The translations under genes and the position numbers were made by a program. From assembly GCF_009914755.1 (NCBI RefSeq), contig NC_060940.1: a DNA stretch of 64,000 nt. One strand, given 5' to 3'. This stretch comes from the human T2T-CHM13v2.0 reference genome, Homo sapiens. Positions 48,770 to 61,489 of this stretch are shown here, one piece after another (positions within the stretch are counted from its first letter, which is position 1; every line of letters starts with the position of its first letter). Under the pieces are notes generated by a model. It searched no databases, was not told the DNA's origin, and saw only the letters and a list, made by a program, of their open reading frames with translations.

Positions 48770-49900
48770 CCTCTGCCCGACGGTGGGGGCGGGGAGGGGC
48801 TGCAGCACTACCAGGCCCGGCAGCCAGGTCTGCCCGCAGCGCGGGTTAGGGCTGGGGCCTCCTCGCTCCCCGCAGTCCGCGCAGACCCGCGCCCCGCACA
48901 GGCCCGGTGGGCAGGCCGACCCTGGCTCCGAGCCCCTCCCGCGCCCACGCCCACGCCAAGACCAACCTGCTGCCGGGCCGTGCAGTCCAGGCCCCCGATG
49001 CCGTGCCCGGCGCCGGCTCCAGCCGCGCGCCCGCGCGCTGGCGACCCAGAGACCCTGGAAGCTCCGCTCCGGACGCCTGGCAGCGCTTCCGCCCTGCACC
49101 GCTGCGCGCGCAGCCCCGCCCCCCCCCGGCCCGCCCCCGGCCCGCCCCCGCCGCGGAAGGGCGGCTGCGGCGGCCAATGGCGAGCTCCCCAGGACAGGAC
49201 GCGGGGGCTGCGGAGCAGGAACTCGCCCCGCCCACCCCTCGCGCAGCCCCGCCTCCGCCACGCCAACCAATGGCGCGCGCCGCCGGGCACGCCGGCTGCT
49301 GATTGGCGGCGCCCGGCACGCTCGGGGCGGGCAGTGCGCGACGGCGGCGGCGGCGCGGGAGGTTCGGAGCGGGAGCTCGGGCTCGCGGACGGTATGGAGG
49401 ACTACGAGCAGGAGCTGTGCGGCGTCGAGGATGATTTCCACAACCAGTTCGCGGCCGAGCTGGAGGTGCTGGCAGAGCTGGAAGGTGGGGCGCGGCCCCC
49501 GGCCGTTGGGGAGGAGCTGCGAAAGCCGGGACAGTGGCGACCTCGGGGAGGGCGTGCCGGGGGCCGAAGGGGCCTCCACGTCGCCGCTGGCGGGATCTGC
49601 TGTCTCGGGGCGGCCGCTGACAATCTCCTCTCCCAGCAGGGGCGTCGACTCCGTCGCCCTCCGGGGTCCCCCTGTTCACCGCGGGCCGACCCCCGCGGAC
49701 GTTCGAGGAGGCCCTTGCCAGAGGGGACGCGGCCTCCAGTCCCGCCCCAGCCGCATCTGTGGGCAGCAGCCAGGGCGGCGCCAGGAAGAGGCCGGTGGAC
49801 GCCGACCTGCAGCCGGCCGGGTCCCTGCCCCACGGTAGGTTGGCGGCATTGCCCCAGGGCCTCCGGAGTGGGCGCGAGGCTGAGGAGGCCTCTGGTTCCC
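48770..49900. promoter_or_regulatory. Bidirectional CpG-island promoter of RPUSD1 and CHTF18
   Basis: Dense CpG. CCAAT boxes at 49174, 49267 and (reverse) 49302; E2F-like TGGCGCGC at 49271; GC boxes. Probable donor of the RPUSD1 non-coding exon 1 at 48967. Confidence 0.88.
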
Positions 49901-52900
49901 TGCATGTGTCTCCCCCAGCCCCCAGGATCAAACGGCCTAGGCTGCAGGTGGTCAAGAGGCTGAACTTCAGGTCGGAGGAGATGGAGGAGCCGCCCCCTCC
50001 CGACTCCTCGCCGACGGACATCACCCCGCCGCCGAGCCCTGAGGACCTCGCAGAGCTTTGGGGCCACGGGTGTGTGGCTTGGACATGGGCGTCCCATCCC
50101 ATCTGTCCAGTGGGACTCAGATGGAGCCCATCCCGTGCCCTGGATGAGGCCTGGGGGGTGGGGAGGGTTCCATGGCTGAGAGCAGTCTCGGACACCCATA
50201 TCCAAGGGTGACCCCACGCTTGAGTTTCTGCCACTGAGCCCCGGTCTCTCTCCAGAGTCTCAGAAGCTGCTGCCGACGTGGGTCTCACACGGGCCTCACC
50301 AGCTGCCCGCAATCCCGTCCTGAGGCGGCCCCCCATCTTGGAGGACTACGTCCACGTGACATCCACGGAGGGCGTCCGGGCTTATCTGGTGCTGCGTGCT
50401 GACCCCATGGCCCCGGGGGTGCAGGTGCGTGGCTGTGGCCTTCCTGCACGGTGGGTGGGCCAGTGCTGCTCAGGAAAGGGTCCTTGGAGCCCCTCACCCC
50501 TGCCATTTGCTTAAAGCGGGTCCTGTGCAGAGCCCCAGGGGTGCAGCGGGGGAGGCTGCGTCATGGGGCGTAGACTTAGAGGACACAGCCTCCCCACAGC
50601 AGGTTGCTGTCCAGCCTGTTTGTATGGCCTCGGGTGGAGAGGGCCTCCTTGCTTCCCCTTCCTGCTTTTGCCCTTTCCTCCTTTCTCCTAAAGCTGCCCC
50701 CAATTCCCCTTTGCAGCTGACCCCTCTGGATGGCTTCATTCCTTTGGCACCCCTGTCCAGTCTCCCACCCCTCACTGGCCAGCTTACTGGGGTTGTCCCA
50801 CCCGGGTCCCTGAGCACTGATGGGGGCTGACGTGAATCCTGTGACCTAGGAGGGGCCCAGAGGCAATTGTCCTCCCTTCCCCACAGGGCTCTCTCCTCCA
50901 CGTCCCATGGCGAGGCGGTGGCCAGCTGGACCTGCTGGGTGTGTCCTTAGCCTCCCTGAAGAAGCAGGTCGACGGCGAGGTAGGGGCTGCGGGTTTGCTG
51001 GGGGGCGGTGGCGGGGCCGCCTGAGCCCTCCTGATTCCAGCCTGTTGTTTGCACAGCGGCGGGAGCGGCTGCTTCAGGAGGCCCAGAGGCTTTCAGACAC
51101 CCTGCACAGGTGACTTGGCTGGCCCTTCCGCCCTGGGGACCCTTGTTGGCTCTTGCACCAACTCCTAGCTCCTAGCGTGTGGGTTGGCATGGTCCCTGCG
51201 AGTTGTTTGTGGCTCAGGACGTGGTCCTCTCCAGTCTCAGGTCGGGGGAGGAGGAGGCAGCCCAGCCCTTGGGGGCCCCTGAGGAGGAGCCGACTGACGG
51301 TCAAGACGCCTCCAGTCACTGCCTCTGGGTGGATGAGTTTGCACCCCGCCACTACACGGAGCTGCTCAGTGATGACGTGAGGTCTTGTTCTCACTCAAGT
51401 GTGGCTGGCTTCCTCTGTTCCCAAGATGGAAGAACCTGGGCCCAGTGATTTTTGCACAGCCAATCCACTGGGCCTCGGGGACGGAGTGGGCTCTGGTTTG
51501 CCCTTTTGAGTTGTAGGTGGTGAACTGAGCACAGGGCTGTGTGCTACTGGTCCCCTGTGACCTGTGAGGCAGGCTAGGGGTCCAGGGTGTCACCTGATCC
51601 AAGTCTCTGTTCCCTTTCCTACCTTCACAGCAGCTGACACTGGAGTGCCCCTGGGGAGGGCAGGGGCCTCCCAGATGGGTTGTGGCCAGAGCCGTGGGGG
51701 TGGAGCCCCTGGTGTGAGCCTTGCGGTCACTCGCTGGCAGGAAGACGGGGGTGGCCATTCATCCTGTGGCTTGGCATCCCATGGGGCATGGGGCTCATGG
51801 TGGCAGGTGGACTGTCCGTGCCTGGAGGCGGTGCCCTCAGGCTGTGCTTCCCTTCCCGTCCTTCCCGCAGTTCACCAACCGCTGCCTGCTCAAGTGGCTG
51901 AAGTTGTGGGACCTGGTGGTGTTTGGCCACGAGAGGCCTTCCCGGAAGCCCAGGCCCAGTGTTGAGCCGGCCCGGGTCAGCAAGGAGGCCACAGCCCCAG
52001 GCAAGTGGAAGAGCCACGAACAGGTGCTGGAGGAGATGCTGGAGGCTGGGCTGGACCCGAGCCAGCGACCGAAGCAGAAGGTGAGCCCCGCTGGCTGTGC
52101 CGCCGGGAACAAGCCTGAGGCTTTGCACTCGGCGCCGGCACCCTTGCAGCCTGTTGACTTTCTCCAGGAGCCGTGGGTGTGGTGACGTGTGGGTCTTGGC
52201 GTGAAGCGCCATTAGCGTGAGTTAGAACTGGAGCGTTGCAGTAACAACTCGGGGGAAGTCGTTGTCCCTGAAGGGCTCTGCGGCTGGCCAGGATGATCTG
52301 GGTGGACGGTGGGTGGTTTCTGGGGGCCAGTCACGCTGGTATCAGCTGTGTTTTGTCTGCACGAACTTTGCTTTGTGTAGGTTTTTTTTTCCGTTGCCAT
52401 CTTGGTGTGTGAAAGTGCTGAATTTTGTTCTTATTTGATGGCTGGAGTGGGGTGGAGGGAGCGCCCAGCCTGTGGGACACATGTGGCAGTCCCTGGCTGC
52501 TAGGCCGGGAGCGTCCTGTAGGTGCGGTGCACACTACGCCTTCATCTACCTGGGCTGCAGGTGGCACTGCTCTGTGGGCCCCCGGGGCTGGGGAAGACCA
52601 CCCTGGCACACGTGATTGCGCGTCACGCGGGGTACTCTGTGGTGGAGATGAACGCCAGGTGAGTGATGTGAGGTCTGTCTCTGGCTCGCCTTCTGTCCTG
52701 ACGTGTTTGAGTTCTGGTGGCGGACCTGAAACCGGGTGTGGATGTTCCCGTCTTGAGGGTGGTGGGGGCCTGGGTGTGTGGGCCGGGAAAACGTGTCCTT
52801 CCTCGGGGTTCACGGGATCGGCAGCAGCCGCGTCATGTGACGGTCTCCACGCAAATGCGGCAGCCCCGGCCTTGGGAGGCTGCCCTGCCAGGGACGCCCA

Positions 52901-55900
52901 CTGCCCTGACGACCCCTGACCTCCCCATTGCAGTGACGACCGTAGCCCGGAGGTCTTCCGCACACGCATCGAGGCGGCCACCCAGATGGAGTCGGTGCTG
53001 GGTGCTGGCGGGAAGCCCAACTGCCTGGTCATCGATGAGATCGACGGGGCCCCCGTGGTGGGCTCCTTGATGCCTGGGTAGGTGGGTGGGCGGGCAGGCA
53101 GGCGGGCAGCAGGGCCTGGACTCACCGTGTCCTCTGACCTCCCCCAAGGCCGCCATCAATGTCCTCCTGAGCATCCTGAACCGCAAGGGGCCACAGGAGG
53201 TGGGGCCACAGGGCCCGGCTGTGCCTTCGGGAGGCGGCCGACGGCGCCGGGCAGAGGGGGGGCTCCTCATGAGGCCCATTATCTGCATTTGCAATGACCA
53301 GTGAGTGCATGGGCGGGCGCCACAGTCAGGAGAGGCTCTGGTGCCTGGAGGGAGGGTTCCGGCCCGTCCCTGTGTCCTGGGCTGTGGTGCCAACCTTGGG
53401 GTCCCTGGCCCTGCCACCTCTCCTCAGGTTCGCACCGTCCCTGCGGCAGCTGAAGCAGCAGGCCTTCCTGCTCCACTTCCCGCCGACTCTGCCCTCGAGG
53501 CTGGTGCAGCGGCTCCAGGAGGTCGGTGGAGCCCCGGGAGCCGTGTGGCTGATGGCGGGGTTGGGGGCGTGGCCTCGTTCTGGCCCCTGTTTCCCTGCCC
53601 CTCCCCATGGAACCCTGGTAACCCCTGAAAGGATGGGGCATACCATCGGGCCCTCCAGCAGCCCTTCTCCACCAGGTCTCCCTGCGGCAGGGCATGAGGG
53701 CCGACCCAGGGGTGCTGGCCGCCCTCTGTGAGAAAACTGACAATGACATCCGGGCCTGCATCAACACCCTGCAGGTGGGCGGCCGGCAGGCACCGGGTGG
53801 GGTGGGGTGGGGTGGGGTCAGGAGTTGGCCGCTTCTCATGCCCCCGCCCTATGTCTAGTTCCTGTACAGCCGGGGCCAGCGGGAGCTGAGCGTGCGGGAC
53901 GTGCAGGCCACACGCGTGGGCCTCAAGGACCAGCGCAGAGGGCTCTTCTCGGTGTGGCAGGAGGTCTTCCAGCTGCCTCGAGCCCAGAGGTAGGCGGTGG
54001 CCACAGCCTCGGCCCAGATGCTCACGGTGCCCGGACCTCAGGACGCTAGCCCTGTGTGCAGGCCAGCACTACCTTCGAGGCGGGGACTCAGTGTCCTGAG
54101 CCCGTGGTTGCCTGGTCCAGCCTCCAGGGCCCTCCTCAGCCTTTTCCTGGCTTGTTCTCACCCCTACAGCCTTGGGGGGTCAGCTAGAGAAGCCTCCAGG
54201 GCCCCCTGTGGGAAGGACACCCCCAGTGTGGTGGGGCCTCCAGGGCGTCCCTCTCCAGGGCGCCCCTTGACTCAGCTGCTGTCCCAGTTGCACCCTCATT
54301 TTTGCCACATTTGGCCTGGGCTGTGGTCTCTGAGCCCCTGCCTGCCCACACTGCTTGGCCTCCCGTGGGCAGGAGCAGCCAGCATGTCTCTGTCCTGACG
54401 TGCCATGGGACCCCAGGGGATGCTGGCCTGGTCGTGCTGCAGGATATGGGAGACGCTGGCCTGGGCCTGTGGGATGTGCTGCTCCTGGCCTGGACCCGGA
54501 GGGGGACTTTCCCTGGGGTCCCCTAACCCCAGAGGGTCAGGGCAGGGCTCCTCTCAGAGTGGGGCTCCTCGGCTTAAGGGAATGTTTCAGGGGGTTGAGG
54601 TCCGGGCGTGTCTTTGGCTGTCTCCACCTGAGCGAGGCAGCAAGGGCCCTGCTGAGAAGAATGAAGTGGGTGGCAGCTCTGATGGGGCCTCTGAGTGTCC
54701 CGGGGAGACGGGTGGGGCTGCCTGTGCTTTTAACACGGGTCCATCTAGCTTCAGCACCCCACCTGCAGGCGCCGTGTGGGCCAGGACCCCGCCCTGCCTG
54801 CTGACACACTCCTGCTGGGTGACGGGGACGCGGGCTCCCTCACCTCCGCCTCACAGCGATTCTACCGTGTCCTGCATGCCGCTGCCTCTGCGGGCGAGCA
54901 CGAGAAGGTGGTCCAGGTACCTGTCTTCCACCAAAATGCCTGCCTGGGGCCGCCTGGCTAGGACCTGGGCTGTGCCCCTGCCCCTGCCGGTCCTCCCGTA
55001 TGGACGGGGAGGCGCTTTGGGGGTGCTGAGAGAGGCAGGTTCGGGAAATGGGGTGCCAGGAAGTCTCTGAGGTGGGGAGCAGGAGCCAGGAGGGTGGGAG
55101 GGGCTGCAGGGCACGGGCCGGCAGGCAAGGAGGTAGGGGCGGCCGTCTGACGGGGGAGGTCGCTCTGGTGGCTGCTTGGGACTCTCAGCGGGTTGGGGTG
55201 GAGCCCCTGCCGGACAGCCTGGCCTGGGGCTGCGAGGGGCTGGATTCTGGACTTAAGATGCACATGGGGTGGAGAGCAGTGCGGTGAGGGCTTCCTGCCG
55301 CCCTGCCCGCGGGAGTCCCTGCCTAAGCTGTCTGCTGACTCTAAGCGGCTTTGGATTAGCAGCTGGGGATCCACAACCAATCCCCAAATCCCAAAAGCCG
55401 CGACGTGGAGGGGCAGCGTGGAGCAGCGGCGGGGATAGACTCCCCCACGGAACAGGGGTGGGGACGCCACGGCCTGGACTCTGGTGGGCGGAACTTCCTC
55501 AGGCAGTCTAAGGAGGGGCTGAGTGAGGCTGGATCCCTTTGGTTCCTGGAGGCCTCCTGGTGGGTCACCCCCTCGTGTCAGTCTCTGTCAAGTCAGTCTC
55601 TGTCAAGCTGTAGCGAGGATGCTCAGGGTGGACCCTCCCCCGACCCCTTGGGCCCAGTGACCCCTTGCTGGTGTGTGCTGCTGCCTCAGACGCCCAGCGT
55701 CGTGGGGACCCTTGTGGAGGGTCTGCGAAGCCTTGTGGGGCAGGCGGCAGGCAGGAGTGGAGGGTCTGTGGCGGGAGGTGGAGGGTCCGTGGTGGTGCAC
55801 CTTCCCTGGGGTGGGCAGGAGCTCAGGGGTTGCCGGCCGCCTGCAGGGCTTGTTTGACAACTTCCTGCGTCTGCGGCTGCGAGACTCCAGCCTGGGTGCT

Positions 55901-58799
55901 GTGTGTGTGGCCCTCGACTGGCTGGCCTTCGATGACCTGCTGGCGGGGGCTGCTCATCACAGCCAGAGCTTCCAGCTGCTGCGCTACCCACCCTTCCTGC
56001 CCGTGGCCTTCCATGTGCTGTTTGCTTCCAGCCACACACCCAGGATCACCTTCCCCAGCAGCCAGCAGGAGGTGTGCTCGTCCCTGCACCACGCCTGCCC
56101 CCGGCCCCGTGCCCGCCCCCCTGTGCTGCCCGTGTGGCTGCCCCCGGCCCCGTGCCCGCCCCCCCGTGCTGCCCGTGTGGCTGCCCCCGGCCCCGTGCCC
56201 GCCCCCCTGTGCTGCCCGTGTGGCTGCCCCCGGCCCCGCGCCCTTCTCCCCCAACCACACTGCCCGTGTGGCTGCCCCCGGCCCCGTGCCCCCCCCCCAA
56301 CCACACTGCCCGTGTGGCTGCCCCCGGCCCCGTGCCCTTCTCCCCCAACCACACTGCCCGTGTGGCTGCCCCCGGCCCCGTGCCGCCCCGCCCCGCCCCT
56401 CCCCTCCCCCCCCCCGCGCTGCCCGTGTGGCTGCCCTGGCCCCACCCACCATTCCCCCCTCGCCCGGGAGGCCCAGGTGACCAGGCCTTGGCTCACCCCC
56501 TGCCCCAGGCCCAGAACCGGATGAGCCAGATGAGGAACCTGATCCAGACGCTGGTGTCCGGCATCGCGCCAGCCACGCGCAGCCGGGCCACGCCCCAGGC
56601 CCTGCTCCTCGATGCCCTCTGCCTGCTCCTGGACATTCTTGCACCCAAGCTCCGCCCCGTGAGTGCCGTCCCCGGGGTGGGGGATTCCCCGCCTGCTGCC
56701 CTCCTGTCCTAGGTGAGCACACATCTGTACAGCCTGCTCAGCTCCCTGTCTGCTGCCTCCCATCCCCTAGGTGAGCACACAGCTGTACAGCACCCGTGAA
56801 AAGCAACAGCTGGCCAGCCTGGTGGGCACGATGCTCGCTTACAGCCTGACCTACCGCCAGGAGCGCACGCCCGATGGCCAGTACATCTACAGGCTGGAGC
56901 CGTGAGTCCCCCAGTGCCTGGGGTGTGCTCCAGGGTCATGCTCCCCGGCTGTGCTCCATGTTCAGGGCCCGCATGGGGCCAGGAGTCTGAAAGCACGGTC
57001 ATGGCGTCTGGGGGTGGCGGGCCCCAGCTTATCTTTTGCTCAGATGTAACCGTGAAGGGGGGTCACTTCCAGCTACTTGAGATTGGCTCTGGGACCTGAG
57101 TTTTGCTGCAGAGCTGCTCCCAGCCTTAGCACCCCCACATGGAACTGGAGCCGGGGGCCCCGAGAGTGACTGCACTTTCCAACACTCCGTTTCCCGCTGT
57201 GGGATGGCCATGGGGGTGGTGGGGGTGAGGCATGGGGCAGTGGCCCCGGGGTCCTGCTGCCCCAGCGACGGCACCAACTTGCAGGACGCTGAGTCACTCT
57301 CCGTGGCAGCCATCGGCAGGTTTCATCATCATCCCACGTACACTTGCAGTTGGGGAAACTGAGGCTCGGGGCAGTTAAACCTGGCTGCCGCAGGGTTGGG
57401 GTGCGGTGGCACCAGGACTCAGCCCCACATTCCTGCTCTGGCCTTGTGGCTTTTGGGGTTTGCGGTTGGAGTGCCTGGCGGCTCTCTGGCCCTGAGCCTG
57501 GCCCCGCTGACCTGCCCTGGTGTCCCCCTGTGCTGAGCAGGAACGTGGAGGAACTCTGCCGCTTCCCTGAGCTGCCTGCCCGCAAGCCCCTCACCTACCA
57601 GACGAAGCAGCTCATCGCCCGCGAGATCGAGGTGGAGAAGATGCGGCGGGCGGAGGCTTCTGCCCGGGTAGAGAACAGCCCCCAGGTGAGCCCACCCAGG
57701 CTCTGGAGCAGGTTGCAGTCTGGGCGTGCACCATCCCCACTGTATCCCTGTGTGGCCAGATCTCACAATGCCTGCTCCCTACAGGTGGATGGGAGCCCCC
57801 CAGGGCTCGAGGGTCTGCTGGGGGGCATTGGGGAGAAAGGGGTGCACCGACCTGCCCCACGCAACCATGAGCAGCGGCTGGAGCACATCATGAGGCGAGC
57901 GGCCCGGGAGGAACAGGTGTGGAATGGGCAGCTGTGGGGGTGGGACCAGGGTACATACCTTTGGGGGTGTGGCTAGGGCAGTCATGAGGCGGGGCCAAGG
58001 CACCCATGGGGTGGGGCCAGGGTACCTTTGTGGGTGTGGCTAGGGCCCCTCATGAGGCAGGGCCAGGGTACCTTCAGGGCTGTGGCTAGGGCAGTCATGA
58101 GGCGGGGCCAGGGTATCTTTAGGGGTGGGGCCAAGGCACCCATGGGGTGGGGCCAGGGTACCTTTGGGGGTGGGGCTGAGCCACAGGAGGAGTCTGGCTG
58201 AGGGTGGGGCTGGCTCAGTGCCCTAAGGGGGGCTCTGAAGGACCAGCTCCTTACCCTCAGCATGACCAGGGTTCTACCCAGGCCTCAGTTTCCCATCTGG
58301 GCAGAAGAGTGGCTGTATTGGCTCTTCTTGATTGGCACCTGGTGGGGAGCAGATGGCAGTGAGGGGTGAGGGGCAGCTGGCCTGGGCCAGGTTCCGAAAG
58401 GTGTCTCAGAGGTGTTCTGGCCCCTCCTCCCTGGGAAGGCTCTCGGTCCTCCTGTCTTGGGTAGGGGCTGGATGGGGCATCTGTCCTATACGACTGACTA
58501 GTCCTTCCTCCCATCAGCCTGAGAAGGACTTCTTTGGACGTGTGGTCGTCAGGAGCACAGCAGTCCTGAGTGCAGGTGTGTGTGGGGGTGTTGTGGGGTT
58601 GTGGGGGGCCTGGGGGTTGTGGGGGGGCCTTACAGCTGAGGAGCAACCCTGTGGCCCCGCAGGGGACACGGCCCCGGAGCAGGACTCAGTGGAGCGGCGC
58701 ATGGGCACAGCGGTGGGCAGGAGCGAGGTCTGGTTCCGCTTCAACGAGGGTGTCTCCAACGCCGTGCGGCGCAGCCTGTACATCAGGGACTTGCTCTAG
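49394..58799 (+). CDS. CHTF18: Chromosome transmission fidelity factor 18 (CTF18-RFC large subunit, AAA+ ATPase), 975 aa
   Basis: 22 exons: 49394-49484, 49640-49834, 49919-50069, 50256-50424, 50887-50979, 51057-51109, 51235-51376, 51871-52080, 52561-52658, 52934-53057, 53149-53300, 53428-53521, 53676-53774, 53859-53989, 54769-54916, 55847-56071, 56509-56658, 56771-56901, 57541-57685, 57785-57916, 58518-58575, 58663-58799 = 2928 nt. Walker [15 protein letters not shown], Walker B VIDEID, C-terminal [11 protein letters not shown]. Confidence 0.98.
56095..56445. repeat. ~44-bp C-rich minisatellite in CHTF18 intron 16
   Basis: TGCCCGTGTGGCTGCCCCCGGCCCCG repeated about 7 times. Confidence 0.95.
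57935..58176. repeat. Degenerate tandem repeat in CHTF18 intron 20
   Basis: Recurrent GGGGCCAGGGTACCTTT / GTGGCTAGGGCAGTCATGAGGC blocks. Confidence 0.8.
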
Positions 58800-58867
58800 T
58801 TCTCTGAGCCGCGGACATGCCCTCGCATTGCTTCCCGCAGAGTGCAGAGACAGGAAGCTGGAGATGT

Positions 58868-58877
58868 CTTTATAAAG
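58868..58877. terminator. Palindromic CTTTATAAAG: TATAAA poly(A) signal on both strands (CHTF18 plus, GNG13 minus)
   Basis: TATAAA at 58871-58876 (plus) and 58874-58869 (minus). No AATAAA/ATTAAA on either strand between the two stop codons. Confidence 0.75.
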
Positions 58878-58904
58878 TCACACCTTTACAGACTGTAATC
58901 ACGT

Positions 58905-59555
58905 GCGAGTGGAGTGGGGTTCACAGGATGGTGGGAGTGGGGCCGGGCGTGGGCTCATAGGATGGTGTGAGTGGGGCCAGGAGTGGGGCTCACAGGATGG
59001 TGGGAGTGGGGCCAGGCGTGGTCTCACAGGATAGAGTGAGTGGGGCCGGGCGTGGTCTCACAGGATGGAGTGAATGGGGCCGGGCACAGTCTTACAAGAT
59101 GTTGTGAGTGGGGCCGGGAGTGGGGCTCACAGGTTGGTGTGAGTGGGGCTGGGAGTGGGGCTCACAGGATGGAGTGAGTGGGGCCGGGAGTGGGGCTCAC
59201 AGGATGGTGGGAGTGGGGCTGGGAGTGGGGCTCACAGGATGGTGGGAGTGGGGCTGGAAGTGGGGCTCACAGGATGGTGGGAGTGGGGCTGGGAGTGGGA
59301 CTCACAGGATGGAGTGAATGGGGCTGGGCATAGTCTTACAAGATGGAGTGAGTGGGGCCGGGAGTGGGGCTCACAGGTTGGTGTGAGTGGGGCCGGGCGT
59401 GGGCTCACAGGATGGTGGGAGTGGGGCTGGGAGTGGGACTCACAGGATGGAGTGAGTGGGGCTGGGCACAGTCTTACAAGATGGTGGGAGTGGGGCCGGG
59501 CGTGGTCTCACAGGATGGTGTGAGAGGGGCCGGGTGCGGGGCTCACAGGATGGTG
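58905..59555. repeat. 34/35-bp minisatellite forming most of the GNG13 3'UTR, about 18-19 copies
   Basis: Unit GGGGCTCACAGGATGGTGGGAGTGGGGCCGGGAGT; cores at 58921, 58955, 58990 ... 59543. Confidence 0.97.
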
Positions 59556-59901
59556 CATTTGCCCTTTTCCACCCATGGGTTGTTCTTCATCAGGTCGGGG
59601 TTCAGGAAGGGGTCCTTGGGGATCCCGTCCTCGATCCACTTCAGCAGCCTGCGGGTGGGCGGGTGGCAGGTGAGTGGTGGCACCTGACCCCCGAGGGCCT
59701 CCTGCTGCACCTGCCTGTCGGCGGCGGTGGTCGTGGCTATGGAAATGAGCAGCCAGCGCAGGGCAGACAAATGAGAGGCAAATCAGGCAGGTGGGGCACT
59801 CACTCGGGGATGGTCTTGGACGCCATCTCCCGCTGGAAGGCCAGCTGGTACTTGAGGCTCTCCACCTCTTTCTTCATCTGTGGCACGTCCCACTCCTCCA
59901 T
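59543..59901 (-). CDS. GNG13: G protein gamma-13 subunit, 67 aa
   Basis: Exons 59901-59804 and 59648-59543 = 204 nt. MEEWDVPQMKKEVESLKYQL...DPFL...NNPWVEKGKCTIL ends in a CaaX box. Confidence 0.98.
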
Positions 59902-61489
59902 GGGGTCAGGGGCTTCTGAAGCAGCCAGCCTGGGGCTGGAGGGCACAGGAGGAAGCCACAGGGCCGAGGCCACCAGCCTGTAGTCCCCAACCCCGCTGCT
60001 CCCCGCAGGCCTGAGCTGAACCCCGCAGGATGAAGCGGGGAGAGTCCACACCACTGCCTGGGCCAGTCCCCTAGGCGTTGCTAGGGTGCAGGGCACAGAG
60101 CGAGTTCCCACAAGGCCCCAGCTCCCGCCTCCTGCACTGGGACTAATTAACTGCAAGAAACTTTACATCCTCAGCTACTCCCCCATAGGCCCCCACACCT
60201 TACGAAGATCCCTTGCAGGCAGGAGAAAGGGTGCTCAGCACGGCAGGCCCCCAGCTCCTACCCTCCCACTGAGGCACACGCAGGCTGACCCAGACCACGG
60301 TGTGAGGTGTGGGGCGAGGTCCTCAGGAGGTGGCCCCTGCCCCGCCCCGCTGTGTGCCCCTTTGCTTTGCATGGCAGAGCCCAGTCCAGAGCCAGGACTC
60401 CTGGACAGGAATGTTCTGCTGCAGTTTGCTTCTCTGGCAGGTGGGGTGTGTGCTCAGGATCTTGGGGGCTCAGGCTATACTACCCGAGTCTGGGATATGG
60501 GCTGTGGGTGGCCCCTGGGTCCCCAGTGTGTCTGGGAACCACACACGTTACCTGCGTGCTTTCTGCTTGTGGCCAGCCTGGGAAAGCCACAGGTTGACAC
60601 CCCTCAGAACTGCCACAAGTTCGAGGCAAGTGGGGGTGGGTTGCCCCCTGCCTCTCCCCCTACCCACTCCAGGGGCCCAGGGAGTCCCTCACTCCGTCCC
60701 AACTCTGGCCCCCATCCTCAAGGTTGGGAGACAGGGCTGAACCTTGGGAGGGTGGGTGGGGGTTGGCGTCAAGTTTCGGGGAGCCTGCCTCTGGCTGTGA
60801 AGGGGGCTCCTGGCCCAACAGTCTCCCCATCCTTTGGTCGTGCAGCTGCACCGGCCACCTAGGGAGGGGCCCAGGGCCTGAGGCTGGTGGGGTCCCGGTG
60901 GTGAATTGGGCAGACTCCCAGCAGCCAGCAGAGGGTCTGCCCGTAGTGGGGTGGGAGGCCGGGGAGCGAGCGGGGGCAGGTTTCTGGGGGAGTGATCAGG
61001 GTCATGCAGAGGATTCCCTCCCGGAGACCCTGGAGTTCCAGCACCCCTACCCGCCCCCATCCCCGGTGCAGGCCTTTTCTCGGAGACCCTACACTCAGCC
61101 CCGTGGGCGCAGGACTAGCTGCGTGCGGGTCCTCCCAGGCCCGGGGTGTTGGCGCCCCGCCCACAGCCCAGTCCTTGCTGCCCAGCCCTACCTTCGCGCA
61201 GCTGCCGCCAAGCCTGGCCACCCACCCCGTGCACCCCGTGGACGCCCCCAGCCACGGGACTCGGTGGGCACTGCAGGCGGCGCACGGCACTCAGATGGAC
61301 ACAGCTCCCCCGCACCGCGAGAGCCGCCTCCCTGCCTGCAGCACCGGCTCGGGTTGGGTTTTGCTGCCTGCGGGGCAGCTGCCCTCGCCCCGGGAGTTAG
61401 GGTGAGCCCAGGGGACTGACCTGGGCCAGCTGAGAGTCGAGGGGCCTCCGGGCCCTCCCTAGCCCCGGGCGCCTGTTCATCGGACCTAC

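Noticed and set aside
48686-50336. Overlapping 270-496-aa ORFs
   Set aside because: Stop-poor CpG island overlapping the real CHTF18 and RPUSD1 5' exons.
61400-61420. Possible EBF/Olf-1 site near GNG13 exon 1 suggesting olfactory co-regulation with MSLNL
   Set aside because: A single degenerate match, expected by chance at this GC content.
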